DNA of 61,749 nucleotides, filler included, from Basidioascus undulatus (lineage: Eukaryota): assembly GCA_000826855.1 (NCBI GenBank). It is 9 parts of 9 records of this genome, joined end to end, with 100 filler letters (N's around TTAATTAATTAA, not from the genome) between each part and the next. Parts side by side here need not be neighbours in the genome. Positions count along the whole stretch, not along the records: positions 4,561 to 29,952 come from JTLS01000215.1; 8 more parts are not named here. One strand, 5' to 3'. The position numbers were made by a program, and so were the translations under genes. The notes beneath the pieces are model-generated. The model saw nothing but the letters and a program-made list of their open reading frames with translations. It ran no database searches and was not told where the DNA came from. Shown here piece by piece: positions 12,603 through 23,787 of this stretch. Each line of letters opens with the position of its first letter. Position 1 is the first letter of the stretch.

Positions 12603-13045
12603 GCTGACAAGTACTGGGCGGTCCAAAGCGAGATGGCATTCATATATGCTGCTGGTGTTAAAAACATGAACAGATCCCCGACATGCAGACATGAGGAAGA
12701 TGGAGCGTTGTGAGGCTTGTTTCGTTTGCCAAGTTTGCTGTCGGTGCCAATGTTGTCGGCGCTCACTCTTTCCGACGATTCATAGAGTGTGAAAATTAGC
12801 AGCTTTTGAAGCATTTAGTGAGATTCCGTGACTTTTTCCCCATCATGGGAGCACCCAAGAAGAACACCGGGTCATGAAAGGTGGACAGGCCACGCAAGCA
12901 CATTGCGCAGAAGACCGGCTTCCATAAATTCCAGAACAAGAACGCGCCTTTCCTACAAGTAAAGTTCAGAGTATTTCCGTAGCCCAAACCCGGGAGAAAG
13001 ATAGAATGTTCAAAATGATTTCAGAGCGGCATGGCCGCTTCCAAG

Positions 13046-14120
13046 TCAGTTGACGCGGACTGCGATGAAGTCCGCTGCATTCGCAGCATCGTTGCCATAT
13101 CCATAATCCAGGTGGTCGATCAAGTTGAAGCCCCTGAGGAAAATTCAAGTAAATATCTGTCAGCAAGAAGGTATAAAAGTCCGAGGTCATGAATGAAACT
13201 TGCTGAAGGCAGACAGGGTCGTCGTCGTGGCAGATCTTTCCCAGAGCAACACCATGGTCAGCATCATCGCGAAAGCAGAAACAGCAAGAAAGACACACGG
13301 CGAGGACGTCGGCCGGGTTGTTGATCGGCCAGTCGTCGTTCAATCCAGGGGCGATACGGAAGCTGGGCGAAGACATATTTGTCATGAATGCCACATTCGA
13401 TTTGGGTGTTCGTGCGTACGGGTCACCAAAAACGACTACCGCTTTCACGCGGTCCTTCACGTTCTGTGGCAGCTTGGTGACTGTCACGATTAAGACAAGC
13501 CGAAGCGTGGGGATCAGGACCGCGTCAGGGAGTGGTGGTTCGCAAGGCTTACGGTGAACAACCATCGCTCCCTTAGAGTACCCGCTGAGGGCGAACTGTT
13601 GGTCCGGGCAAGCCGCGGCTTGGGCAATGATGTGCTCCTCAAGGTCGTCTGCTCCCTGGCCGGGAGAGACAACGTATTCGACCGTGCTCGGGTAGTCGAC
13701 GGCATAGGACTGCGGTCCGCCCAGCATCAGTCAATCACAAGTCTAAGTATTGAGTTGGGAAATCAACTTACAGTTACGCTGTTTGAAACGAATCAATGAA
13801 GTCGTCAGCAACGGTTTTCGCAAGCTGAGCGACAAGGATTCCCACAGCTTACCCGGGAATCCGCTGCTGAAGCTGAGAGAACAGCGGTCCGCCGATCACG
13901 ACACCCAGACCTGTCGGCTCAAAAGTTCCACGAGCGCTGATGAATTCCAGGCGCGAGCATGCGGCCCGGGCATTCACATCAACGGGCGCAGCGAACGCAG
14001 CAGTAGCAGCACCGACAGCCTGAAGGAAGCGAAAAGGGAACAAGTGAGTGCTCTGGAAAGATTTCTGCAATGTCACAGAGAAATATGACTTGCAACTGCA
14101 GTGACAATTGAGAAGCGCAT
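13046..14120 (-). CDS. Secreted cutinase / CE5 esterase
   Basis: Signal peptide, C..LEFISARGTFEP, YAVDYP, CPDQQFALSGYSKGA, VVVFGDP, ICHDDDPVC, HLDY. The Ser-Asp-His triad motifs are present across several exons. Confidence 0.92.
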
Positions 14121-15722
14121 CGTGGATTCGAGCGGTGTCGCCGAGCAGGGCCCGGGAGTCTGCCGCGGAGATAGGCTGCGTAAGCACAGTTGGGGGTGAT
14201 CACGCCGTGCCAGAGGTCCTTTTATACCGCCATCATTCCGGTCGGAATGAGTTCGGCTACGAATCTAGCCGTCTCCGGCATGACTTTTTGCTGAAAATTG
14301 GCATGGCGAGGGACAGTGCACAGTGCACACACGCACGATGGGCAGGTTGCTGCAGGGAGACGATGGCTGCACCGCGTGGTCTTCTGGAGACGCAGTGCAA
14401 GTGGACAGGGGAGGTTCCAAGCGATCATTGTCGGTAAATGTAGTGACCGTGTTCCGGTTGTACCATCACTTGAAGCAGGAGCACATGAAGATACAAAAAG
14501 GTATGTACCAGCTGGTGTTGTGCGTCACGCTCTTCTGTGTCACGCGACCACCGAGAAGACCCTGCCCAGTGCTGGCACTGGTCTGAAACAGGTACCTGCG
14601 TGTGTACATATTGGCATGCACCGATCAGTGAGAACGGATACAAGAGTATGTAAGGATGAATGTGTCGCATACATCCTGCCGTGGCATTGAAGCCAGCAAC
14701 GCAATGCAACTGCGAATCAGTCCTCCTTCAGAGTCATCTGACCTTGATTGCGGCAGCCGGTATTTTCGAAGGACCAGGTGTCTACGCGTCTCCTTCTGCA
14801 GGGCTGACTGGAAAAGCTTTTCTCATTGATGCACTGCACTATTGCTGACTGAGGCACCATGCAGTAAAAGCTGCCGAGAATTGCAACCGACGTGCAGGCG
14901 CGGCGTGGCGAATTCTTGCGGACCGGCAGAAATGAAGGCGCTGTAAGTATCGTTGAGGATATGATGAGTAGTAGAAATTATTATCCTGATTAGCTTATAG
15001 TAAAGGGCTCAGGTCCGAAAGAGCACAAGGAAATCCCAGGCTTACTGTAGGGGCAGAGAAGGACCTTCCAACACCATTTGCGAGGTCGGCGCACACAAGA
15101 CACAAATTTCGCTTGTATACACCAATTTCCATTGGAGTTTTTCTGACTTAAGTATGCGGCATGATGTCGTACTATTTTCATTGCCTTCACTGCAGGCACG
15201 ACAACATAGAGCGTTCGCGTACAAGACTGCCGCGAACCCGCCATGGACGGGATACTTGGCCTTTGTGTATAAAGAAAAATTACTATAGCACAACCTAAGC
15301 GACCACTTCGGGTGGGGCTGTTATCTGCACCTGAAGATAGAAAGTGAGGAAAAAGGACGACGAGGAGGATGGCGCATAACCATCATGGAGTCAGCTAGTT
15401 TCCTTTCCATCGTTGCCCTTTTCGTCCTACCTCTTTATGCAAAAAACTCTCAATGTATTTCACCAGAGTAGGCTAAACATGAAGCTCGACTCTCGGCGTA
15501 CCCCTCTCCCACGTGCTTTTTGCCCAATGCGCTCAAGCACTTCGGGCACGAGAAGGTCGAACTATTAAACTACGCAAGGCCGACGGGGGTCCCCTCAAGC
15601 TCATACTCTTGCAACCAACGAGTCGACGCTTTGAACTTGTGAAGAAAAGCATCGCCGCGGAACACTGTGACTGCATCCATCAAGCATGGTATTGGCATGA
15701 CTCTCGGCAGCGCAGCGCGTCA

Positions 15723-16989
15723 TTACATTGGGGGAAATTGTCCGGCATCCGCCGTAAAACCCCCGCCGCCATCACAGAGAGAGAGGCTGATGCCTTTCTT
15801 CTGCAGGCTCTCCTTCGCCCATTCGGACCAGACCTCCAGCTCGTCCGAGCCGATGCTGCTGTGTAGAATCGGTGTCAGACCGATCCTTTTGAGGCACGGC
15901 AATCGATCGATTTTGACGGCCTCGAAGCACTCCGAAAGCCGGGCCAAACCATCGCCGGCAAGCAACGCCCCCATGTCCAGAGATTGAATATTCTGGCGTT
16001 GACCCCGGACAGAAATCCTGGAAGCACGATCGGAGCAAGCGAAAGATACTGAAGCTTTGCACAAGATGCCAGGAGCTGAGGGGACACTTCGTTCTCGACG
16101 TTGTGAAGGACAAGTCCGGAAAGCGTAGGTCCGACGTTGCTGATAATCTGTGGTGGAAGTTGATGCAAGCTTAGTCCGGCATCGACTAGTGCTTGGATCA
16201 GAAGGAATCGAAGCGACGGGAGCTGGGCAAGCTGGAGCGCCTAGCTGAAGCTCTTCCAGCCTTGCCACAGACCATCCAGTAGAAGATTGAGAGGCGCGGT
16301 AAGGAAAGACGTGAAGATATGTCCTCCTGAGATGCGCTGCTGGACGCTATGCTCAGGAATTGTAAGTTCGGAATCTTGTTGAGAAGGGGTGTGACCGAGG
16401 CCAAGGGCTCGGTGAAATGAACGTTCGTGACGGCAGTGAGCGATGAGTATGAGTGAGTCACGGCAAAAACCAGAGCAACATCGATGGGCGTAATGGGAGG
16501 AATCGTCTCCAAAGTAGCATCAGGCCTGTCGACTTGGTCGAGAGAACCGCAGATTGCGGTGAGCGATGAAAAGCCGGTGAGCGTGAGGCGGAGTACCTCA
16601 GCCCAAGCAGTGAGGCGGCTGGGCTGGGGATGAAAGACCGTGCGAATGAGAGCTTTGCACGAGTCTCTATGGGGGGTGCCTGGCTGAGCGCTTCGAGGAG
16701 CTTGTGGCAGGTGTGTTCGGAATCGAGGTGGATGGTGCGATAGAGGTGCTGGATCGCCGCGGTCTACGAAGAGCACCGCCACTCAGCATAAAGCCTCTCC
16801 CACCCCAGGCCCAAACGAATGTATCAAACCGAGGTCACCTTCCACGCATTGCACACGAGCGCATATTGGAGCTTCTCCTTCGCTGGGACCAGCCCGTACT
16901 CGAGCCTTTCCATGTTGGGTTGGCTCTGCTGGCGAATTTGAAGATTTCCAGAGCAGTTCGGCGGGAAGATTGGAGGCGGAAGCAGTCAT
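15723..16989 (-). pseudogene. F-box-like/LRR gene, frameshifted
   Basis: MTASASNLPAELL shifts frame into EIFKFAS (F-box start). LRR pieces (LLNKIPNLQFLSI, LPRLSIF, LASCAKLQYLSL, LPCLKRIGL) are spread over three frames. C-terminal WSEWAKESLQKKGISLSLCDG. Confidence 0.6.
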
Positions 16990-17535
16990 TGCGAGGTGTT
17001 CGATGAGTTATCGTAAGGTGAGGAAAGGTGGATGTGGTTGAAGAGAAAGAGGGGCAAGAGGGGCGCCCGCGCAACGCGAGTCTCGTCGGCCAGGAACAAC
17101 TTCCGAGACTCGAGAGCAAACGAGCGCTTGCATCGAACTTTTACAGTTTACGACAGCTCTGTTGGTATTTTCTGGAGAAGACTATATTTTTGAAGATGTT
17201 TGGACGCATCGGCCAAGGCCATGATAGGAAGGGGGGCAGCGTTGTGGTGCACGTCGGAACTTTTGAGTGAGCGGGTCATGCAGCGACAGAGCGGCACGAT
17301 CGTGCATTTGTCAACTACAAGGTCTTATGAACTGCTTACGGAAGAAACTATTCAAAAAAATCTCTAAGAAATTGGGCTCCACGCATGTCTACACCAAGTT
17401 TAGTTACATCCTCCACCTTTCTTTGGCAATTGCAACAATGACGGCGGTCACGTTTCCCAAAAGTTGCGAAGACGTCCAACTGTCTCTCGCCCAGGGATCT
17501 TGCTGAACGACCTTCACTGCCATCATATTCGCCCG

Positions 17536-19355
17536 ATGTCAGCGCTACAGCAATCCGTACTTATCGGGACATCTTCCTCCCAAACTGCCGGCGCAGGCTC
17601 CCTGGCATTGCACGACATCTCCACGGGGACCAACCTCGCGACGTTCAAGCAGTCCTCCGTGCTCCCCAACTGCACCTCCGCCGTACCGACGGCAGATGGA
17701 CTCGGAGGCCTGCTCCTGGCGAGCCAGCAAGATAAAGCCGTCTTGAACGTGTACAGCTGGCAGAAAGTGCATATCTTATAGGCGTAGAACTGGCGCGCGG
17801 ACGCTGACGAGTCCCGACTGTCCAGGATCAACTGCATCAGAAGGTCTTGCTGCCGCAGAAGCTGAGCTGCTTCGCGGCGGACGGCAAGGGGGAGTGGTGC
17901 GCTGGAGGGACGTCGGATGGGCAGATCTATCTTTGGGAGGTGAGTGCTTCTCGCAGAACATCTTGTCGCGGGACGGAGGCGTTGAAACGGCGGCGACGGC
18001 GCAGGTCGCCTCGGGAATTCTCTTCGCGTCATTCGACGCACATTACCGGCGCGTCACCAAGCTGGCTTTCACGGCATGTGGGGGCGCGCTGCTCTCAGCC
18101 TCGGAGGACGCGTCGGTCGCTGTGTGGGCGATGTCACGGTGCGTAGCGTCTCCGTACAGTGCGCGTGGGCGATAATGGCTGAGGGCTGCGCCGGGCACAC
18201 AGATTGCTGAACGAGGACCTCCAAGGGGAGATCCCAACGCCCTACTGCACACTCTCCAACCACACCCTCCCCGTGACCGATATCGCTATCGGCTCTAGCA
18301 TCTTCCCTAACCTCCGCGTCCTCACGTCTTCCCTCGACAACTCCGTCAAGGTCTGCATTCTTTGTTATTCATCAGCACGAGTGGTTTCGCCTGACCGAAA
18401 TTGTTGTATTACAACAGGTCTGGGACCTGAACACTCGGAGCCTCCTCACCACCTTCCTCTTCCCTGCCCCGATACAATCCGTCTCGCTCGACCCTTACGA
18501 GCGCGCCCTCTTCGCCGCGTCCGCGCAGACCGTCCATCAAGTCGAGCTCTTCCGGAGACGAGGCGATAGCACGACTCGGAGAGAGGCTGTCGGCGGCGGT
18601 GGGATGGGCGACATCGTCAGCGTTTCGGCCGAGGCTGACGAGGACTCTCGGGCGATACCTGTCAAGTACGTTCTTTGCGATCATAAGTCCGTATCATGTT
18701 GAAGCTGACCATGAGGCTACAGGGACCCCATCACGGCTGTCTCGCTCTCCCTTTCCGGCTCTCACCTCTTCGTCGGCACCTCGACGGGCTTTGTCCACGT
18801 CTACGACCTCCCCTCGCACCAACTCCTCCGCACCATACAGACGTACAAGGGCTTTTCCATCACGCACCTCACCTCCCTCCTCCGGCCCGCTGACTTGGTC
18901 GGCCACTCTACGCTGTCCGTCCTCGGCGCGACCCAGGCCAGCGTGCCGCCCATTCGGCCAGTCGGGCAGTTCCGGAAGGTTCCGAGCTTGAAGGAGCGGG
19001 AGGAGCACGTTGTGCCGATCAAGGCTGCCCTGCAACCCTCGGTTCGTCTCGCTTCCATCCTGAACTTGCCTGCTTGTGACGTGCTCACCGGCGACCCGCT
19101 TGACAGCTTTTCGACAGCTTCCTCCGCCCCTTGCTCTCTCCACATTCCGCCGCCCTTCCTTCAGCGACTACTTCGGGCGCTCCGACCGACACGGCGAAGA
19201 GGGTGGAGGAGCTCGAGGCGGAGGTTGCGCAGCTGCGGGAGCACCTGGGGCGTGCCCAGGGCGTGAACGACGCTATGTGGGCTGGGATGGTAGAGCTCGG
19301 ACTGCGCGGCCCAAGCACCGACGAGAGTGCAAAGCGGAGGAGGACGGAGGAATAG
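17536..19355 (+). CDS. IPI3: Pre-rRNA-processing WD40 protein Ipi3/WDR18 (Rix1 complex)
   Basis: LALHDISTGTNLATFKQ, LNVYSWQK|DQL, GGTSDGQIYLWE, FDAHYRRVT, LSNHTLPVTDI, and a C-terminal coiled coil RVEELEAEVAQLREHLGRAQGVNDAMW. Confidence 0.88.
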
Positions 19356-20427
19356 AAGTGCACTCGCTATGCCGATCAACGCGTGGTGATGCTGGTTTTG
19401 AGACGTACTGCCAGCTTGACCGGGATCAGCCTCGATGTTGCGAAAGATGATAGGCAGCGGCCCCCCCCTTCCTTTGTTTTGCATCTTCTGGTGATTCATA
19501 TTCTGGTGATTTTACACGCGTTCATAAAACAACCAACGTGAGGCCCTGTACCCGACCACTGCATCAACAACGTCCCAGGCTGCCATTCGTTTCCAACCTT
19601 GCAGCCAACGCCTTGACACCTGGCGTCAGAAACTTGGCGCGCATGCCTCAGGTTGTATCTGTTGGTGCCAAAAGTATCGAACTTTTCAACAAACCTCGGT
19701 ATTCTAGCCGGAGGGCAATCATGGAGAGGGTGAAGAGGCGAAAGCACTGCACATATATATAACTGCACAGATTGATAAGCGGAAGCCGGCCCGGCCGCAC
19801 CGTGCGGCCCGCAGAGTTCCAGAGCAGCTATGGGCAGCAGCTTGTCGGAGATGCGTTCTCTCCTTGCTGTGATCCGACCCGTCCACGGTATTTTTTCACG
19901 TCCTTTGCTCGAAGATGGCCTGGGCGCCTGCAAATGCGGTTGCACGTTGTGACGGTGAGGCGTTGATTGCAAGGAGGGAAACGCGTTACAAGTGCAACTA
20001 CAGCCTCGACGAGTTTACTCATGCTTGGCAAGTCTTGGCTACACCTCGTGCTGGCTGTTGCTTTCCCTTCATTGGTCTGTGTCGCTGTAATTTCAGCATG
20101 GCCTCAGTGACTGCTCCTGAGAAGACGATGCTATCGTGATGATCGCTATCTTGCGGCCGCGGAACTGTGGTGCTTGTGGTATTCGATCAGCATGCTCTGC
20201 TTGCCGGCTTTACGGAGCGCCTTTCGCCGTGGTGCTCCATGTGGCCGAGAAAAGCACTTTCATGGACGCGGAGGCCCCCATTGGAACGTGCGCACGTTCC
20301 TGGACTAAAGTAAGCTGAACTGTACCCCTGGGTGGGAAGTACAAAAAGCAAGGACCGAGTGGGAGGACGATTTCTTTCACGCTCTTCACCTTGTCGCTCT
20401 TTCCGTTTCTCTTCTCCTCTCCGCAAG

Positions 20428-23188
20428 ATGCGCCCTTCGACTGCCACCGCCGCTGTTGCGCTCCTTGCTGCTTCCGCCTCGGCGCTCCCCCATGAGTGGC
20501 GCGAGGGCGACGATAAGAATGGCTGGGGCGGCTGGGGCAAGGACCACGGCAAGGACAACCACAAGGGCCACAAGTCGGGTCGCAAGAACGTCATTTTCAG
20601 CATCTCTGACGGTACAGAAAACATTTTTGCTCCATTGCACCGTTTATGACCCGTATCGTGTGCTGACATTCACACGCAGGCATGGGGCTTTCCGGCCTCA
20701 CGCTGACTCGCCAGTACCTGCGCGACCAGCAGACCGGTGGCAACTTCCTCGACTACGGCTATGAGCTGGTCAGTCGAACATTTCCCAGAATAATGGGCTG
20801 ACTTTTTAACTTACGTCGTTCTCGCTGCAGCCTCTCGACCAGCACGCAAAGGGCACACTGCGGACTACGTCCGCCAACACTTTCATCACCGACTCCGCCG
20901 GTGCTGGTACCGCTCTGGCCACCGGCCACAAGACCAAGAACGGCATGCTTGGTGTGACCCCCGAGGGTGTCCCCGTCGGCTCTGTCCTTGAGGCCGCTAA
21001 GGCCAAGGGCTTCTCCACCGGTGCGACGACAGCACTTTCAGTGCCCTTTTCAGAATTCTTACGGATAGATCAATAGGCGTCGTCACCAACGCTTTCGTCA
21101 CTGGTAAGCATTTTTTTCATTGTTTGAAAGAGACAAGTATGCTGACAGTTTCATATTGTAGACGCGACGCCGGGTGCCTTTACCTCGCACGCCACGGCTC
21201 GTGGTGACTACTGGTACATTGCCGAGCAGCAGCGTGAGACTGATAATCTCATCAGATCAACAATTTCACGATAGCTGACGGCTGGTCTCGCAGTCGGTTT
21301 CCGCGGTCCTCTGGGCCACACCACCGATGTCATCATCGTACGCGCCTTTTGCTCTGCGCAGTTTGACCCGAAAGTAGATGCTGATCATCTGAAATTATAG
21401 GGATCTGGCTTCGTATGTTCCTCCAGGACTTACATTGCCTGCAGCTGGGCTCCGTTCTGATCCAAGTTTCCCTGACAGTGCCCCTTCGTGCCTCAAGATG
21501 CGCCCAACTCTTGCCGTCCTGACGACCGCGACCTCGTAAGTAGAGTGGAGCGCTATTTCTTCCTACTTTCTATAAATTCTGACGCCTCTTGCCAATGTGT
21601 AGCTTGCCGAGGCGACGGCTGCCGGCTGGTCTGTCGCTCGCACGCCCGATGAGATGCGCGCTGCAGACACCGTCCCCCACATCACTGTCTTCCGCCCCCG
21701 CGCGTCGGACTACGAGGTGCGACTGATCTTTTAGTCTTTGAACCGGCATCGGCATGGAATTTACTTTATGTGTCCCTAGATCGACCGCAACGCGACCGAG
21801 GCCCCCGGCCTCGTCGAGATGACCCAGAAGGCGCTCGACCTCCTGACGAAGGACACTGCGGAGAAGGACAACGGCTGTGAGTGTCCTTATATTTCGACCC
21901 ATTCCCAAAAAACTTACTAAATTTGTGCTTGTTTAGTCTTCCTGATGACTGAGGAGGGCATCATCGACTAGTAAGTCTGCCGTCGTCTGTCGTCTGTCGT
22001 AGTGCCTTGTCGACTGTGGATCTCGAGTGCTGATTTGCCCGTCGTTCTCCTTTGCCTTGCGGTTAGCTCGGGGCATGATAACGATGCTGTTGCGCAGGTT
22101 TCGTCGGTTCTGAACCACATGAACGGTGAGCCCCGCTCTTGGATAGGCCCAGCGACGGCGGCTGAGTACCCTCCCCAGTTAACCTTGCCATCATGGAGCA
22201 CCTCAAGGTCCTCGAGGCCCGGGGTGACGAAACTCTGGTCCTAGCGACCAGCGACCATGAGACCGTACGTTTATCGTCCCCAGTTCACAGAAGACGGCTC
22301 AAAAGATTGTTTCGTGTACCAGGGCGGTCTCGGCATCGGTACTTCGCTGGACACCGACAACAAGCTGGGCGACTACTTCTGGAACCCTGCGGCCATTCGC
22401 AACGCCAAGCACTCTGGTGACTACGCTGCTTCCCAGCTCATCGCGGGCTTGAACGGCGCCGCCAACGTTACTCGCGAGGCTGCCGTCGCTGCGTTCGCGG
22501 ACTACTCTGGTATTACCGACGCCACCGAGGAGGAGGTACGTCGTTTCGAGCTTGACTCTGTCTTTTAGAGTCGGAAAATAGTATTTGACTTTGAAAGCCG
22601 CGACCTGACCCATGCTCCACAGATCGCTGCTGTCATTGCCTCCGGCGACGACGCTGCCGACCTCTCGGACACCTTCAACATCGCTGTCTCTGCTCGCGCT
22701 CGCGTTGGGTGGACCTCCAGGGCGCACACGTCTACTGATGTGCCGATTTACTGTTACGGTTCCGAGTACTGCAACGAGTTTTCCGGCTCTTGGGAGAACG
22801 TAAGCATCCCAGCGCTCAGCATCCCCCGCACTCTTTAGCTAAAGTACCCACGTCTTCGACAGGTCGAGATCCCCCAGATCCTTGCCCGCTTCCTCGACGT
22901 GGACGTTGAGTCGGGTAAGAAACAGATCAATGCCTATAAACGAACCATGTGGCTTACCATTCGATGAAACAGTCACCGCGAAGCTTCAGGCCGCCTACAA
23001 CTCCGGCGAGTTTAAGACCAATGCGACCGTTGTTCTCGGGGAGGCCATCACTCAGTACGTACTTATGAGCGTGACTATAAGGGTAACCCAAGCTCATAGT
23101 AATTGGCTTTTACCACAGGGCCGATGCGAACCACCCTGAGCAGTCTGGTACCTCGAGGAAGCGTTCTCTCGAGGGCCTTCTTCTCTGA
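20428..23188 (+). CDS. Secreted alkaline phosphatase (PhoA/Pho8 family), very intron-dense
   Basis: Signal peptide; KNVIFSISDG; TDSAGAGTALATGHKTKNG (catalytic Ser); DATPGAF; EEGIIDYSGHDND; ATSDHETGG; GWTSRAHTSTDV. Stop inferred at 23188. Confidence 0.93.
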
Positions 23189-23787
23189 GCTATCGTTTGG
23201 GGACGGCGGAAAGGAGGACACTGCATATCGCTCTTTCATATACCCCAGAATTTTACTTTACCTCCGGAGATTTAAATGGCCTTGTGCACCGCTGCAGAGT
23301 CGTACGGACAGGATGAACTTTACGTCTGTTTCGGGCCACTGCATGAGCATCAGATCGCTCGTCTTCTACACACGGCTCACCTTTCATAGTTGCCGTATTT
23401 GGGGAGCAAGTCTCTGGCAGGTGTGGCAGTCTGTTAGCGGTTGAGAAAGTACTAATGAGGAAGAGGTTCCTGGAACGCACCTCTGCCACTTCCACGGGAC
23501 AAGTGTCCCATCTCCTACCTCTGAACTTTCGGATACGTTCCCTTTTGGTTCAACATTCAACAGCTCAATTTCTATGCACTCCATTGTATGTCGATTTTCA
23601 ACGAGATTTGAAACCTCGATCGAACCCGTTGCTCCTTCACGCTGTTTCACGTGCTGCGCATGGATCGGCTCCGGCGCCGAATAATTGGCGCGCACAACCC
23701 CGCTTCATTTCGTGTAGTCGAACGAGCACCGCCGCAATCGTTCATTCATGTGTCTTCTTCGTTCCTGACCATCACCACGACCGCCCA

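Noticed and set aside
14961..14990. Box C (ATGATGA) and box D (CTGA) pair
   Set aside because: About 20 nt apart, which is too short for a C/D snoRNA.
19400..20400. Short ORFs between IPI3 and the phosphatase
   Set aside because: No motifs or splice-consistent model that I can support.
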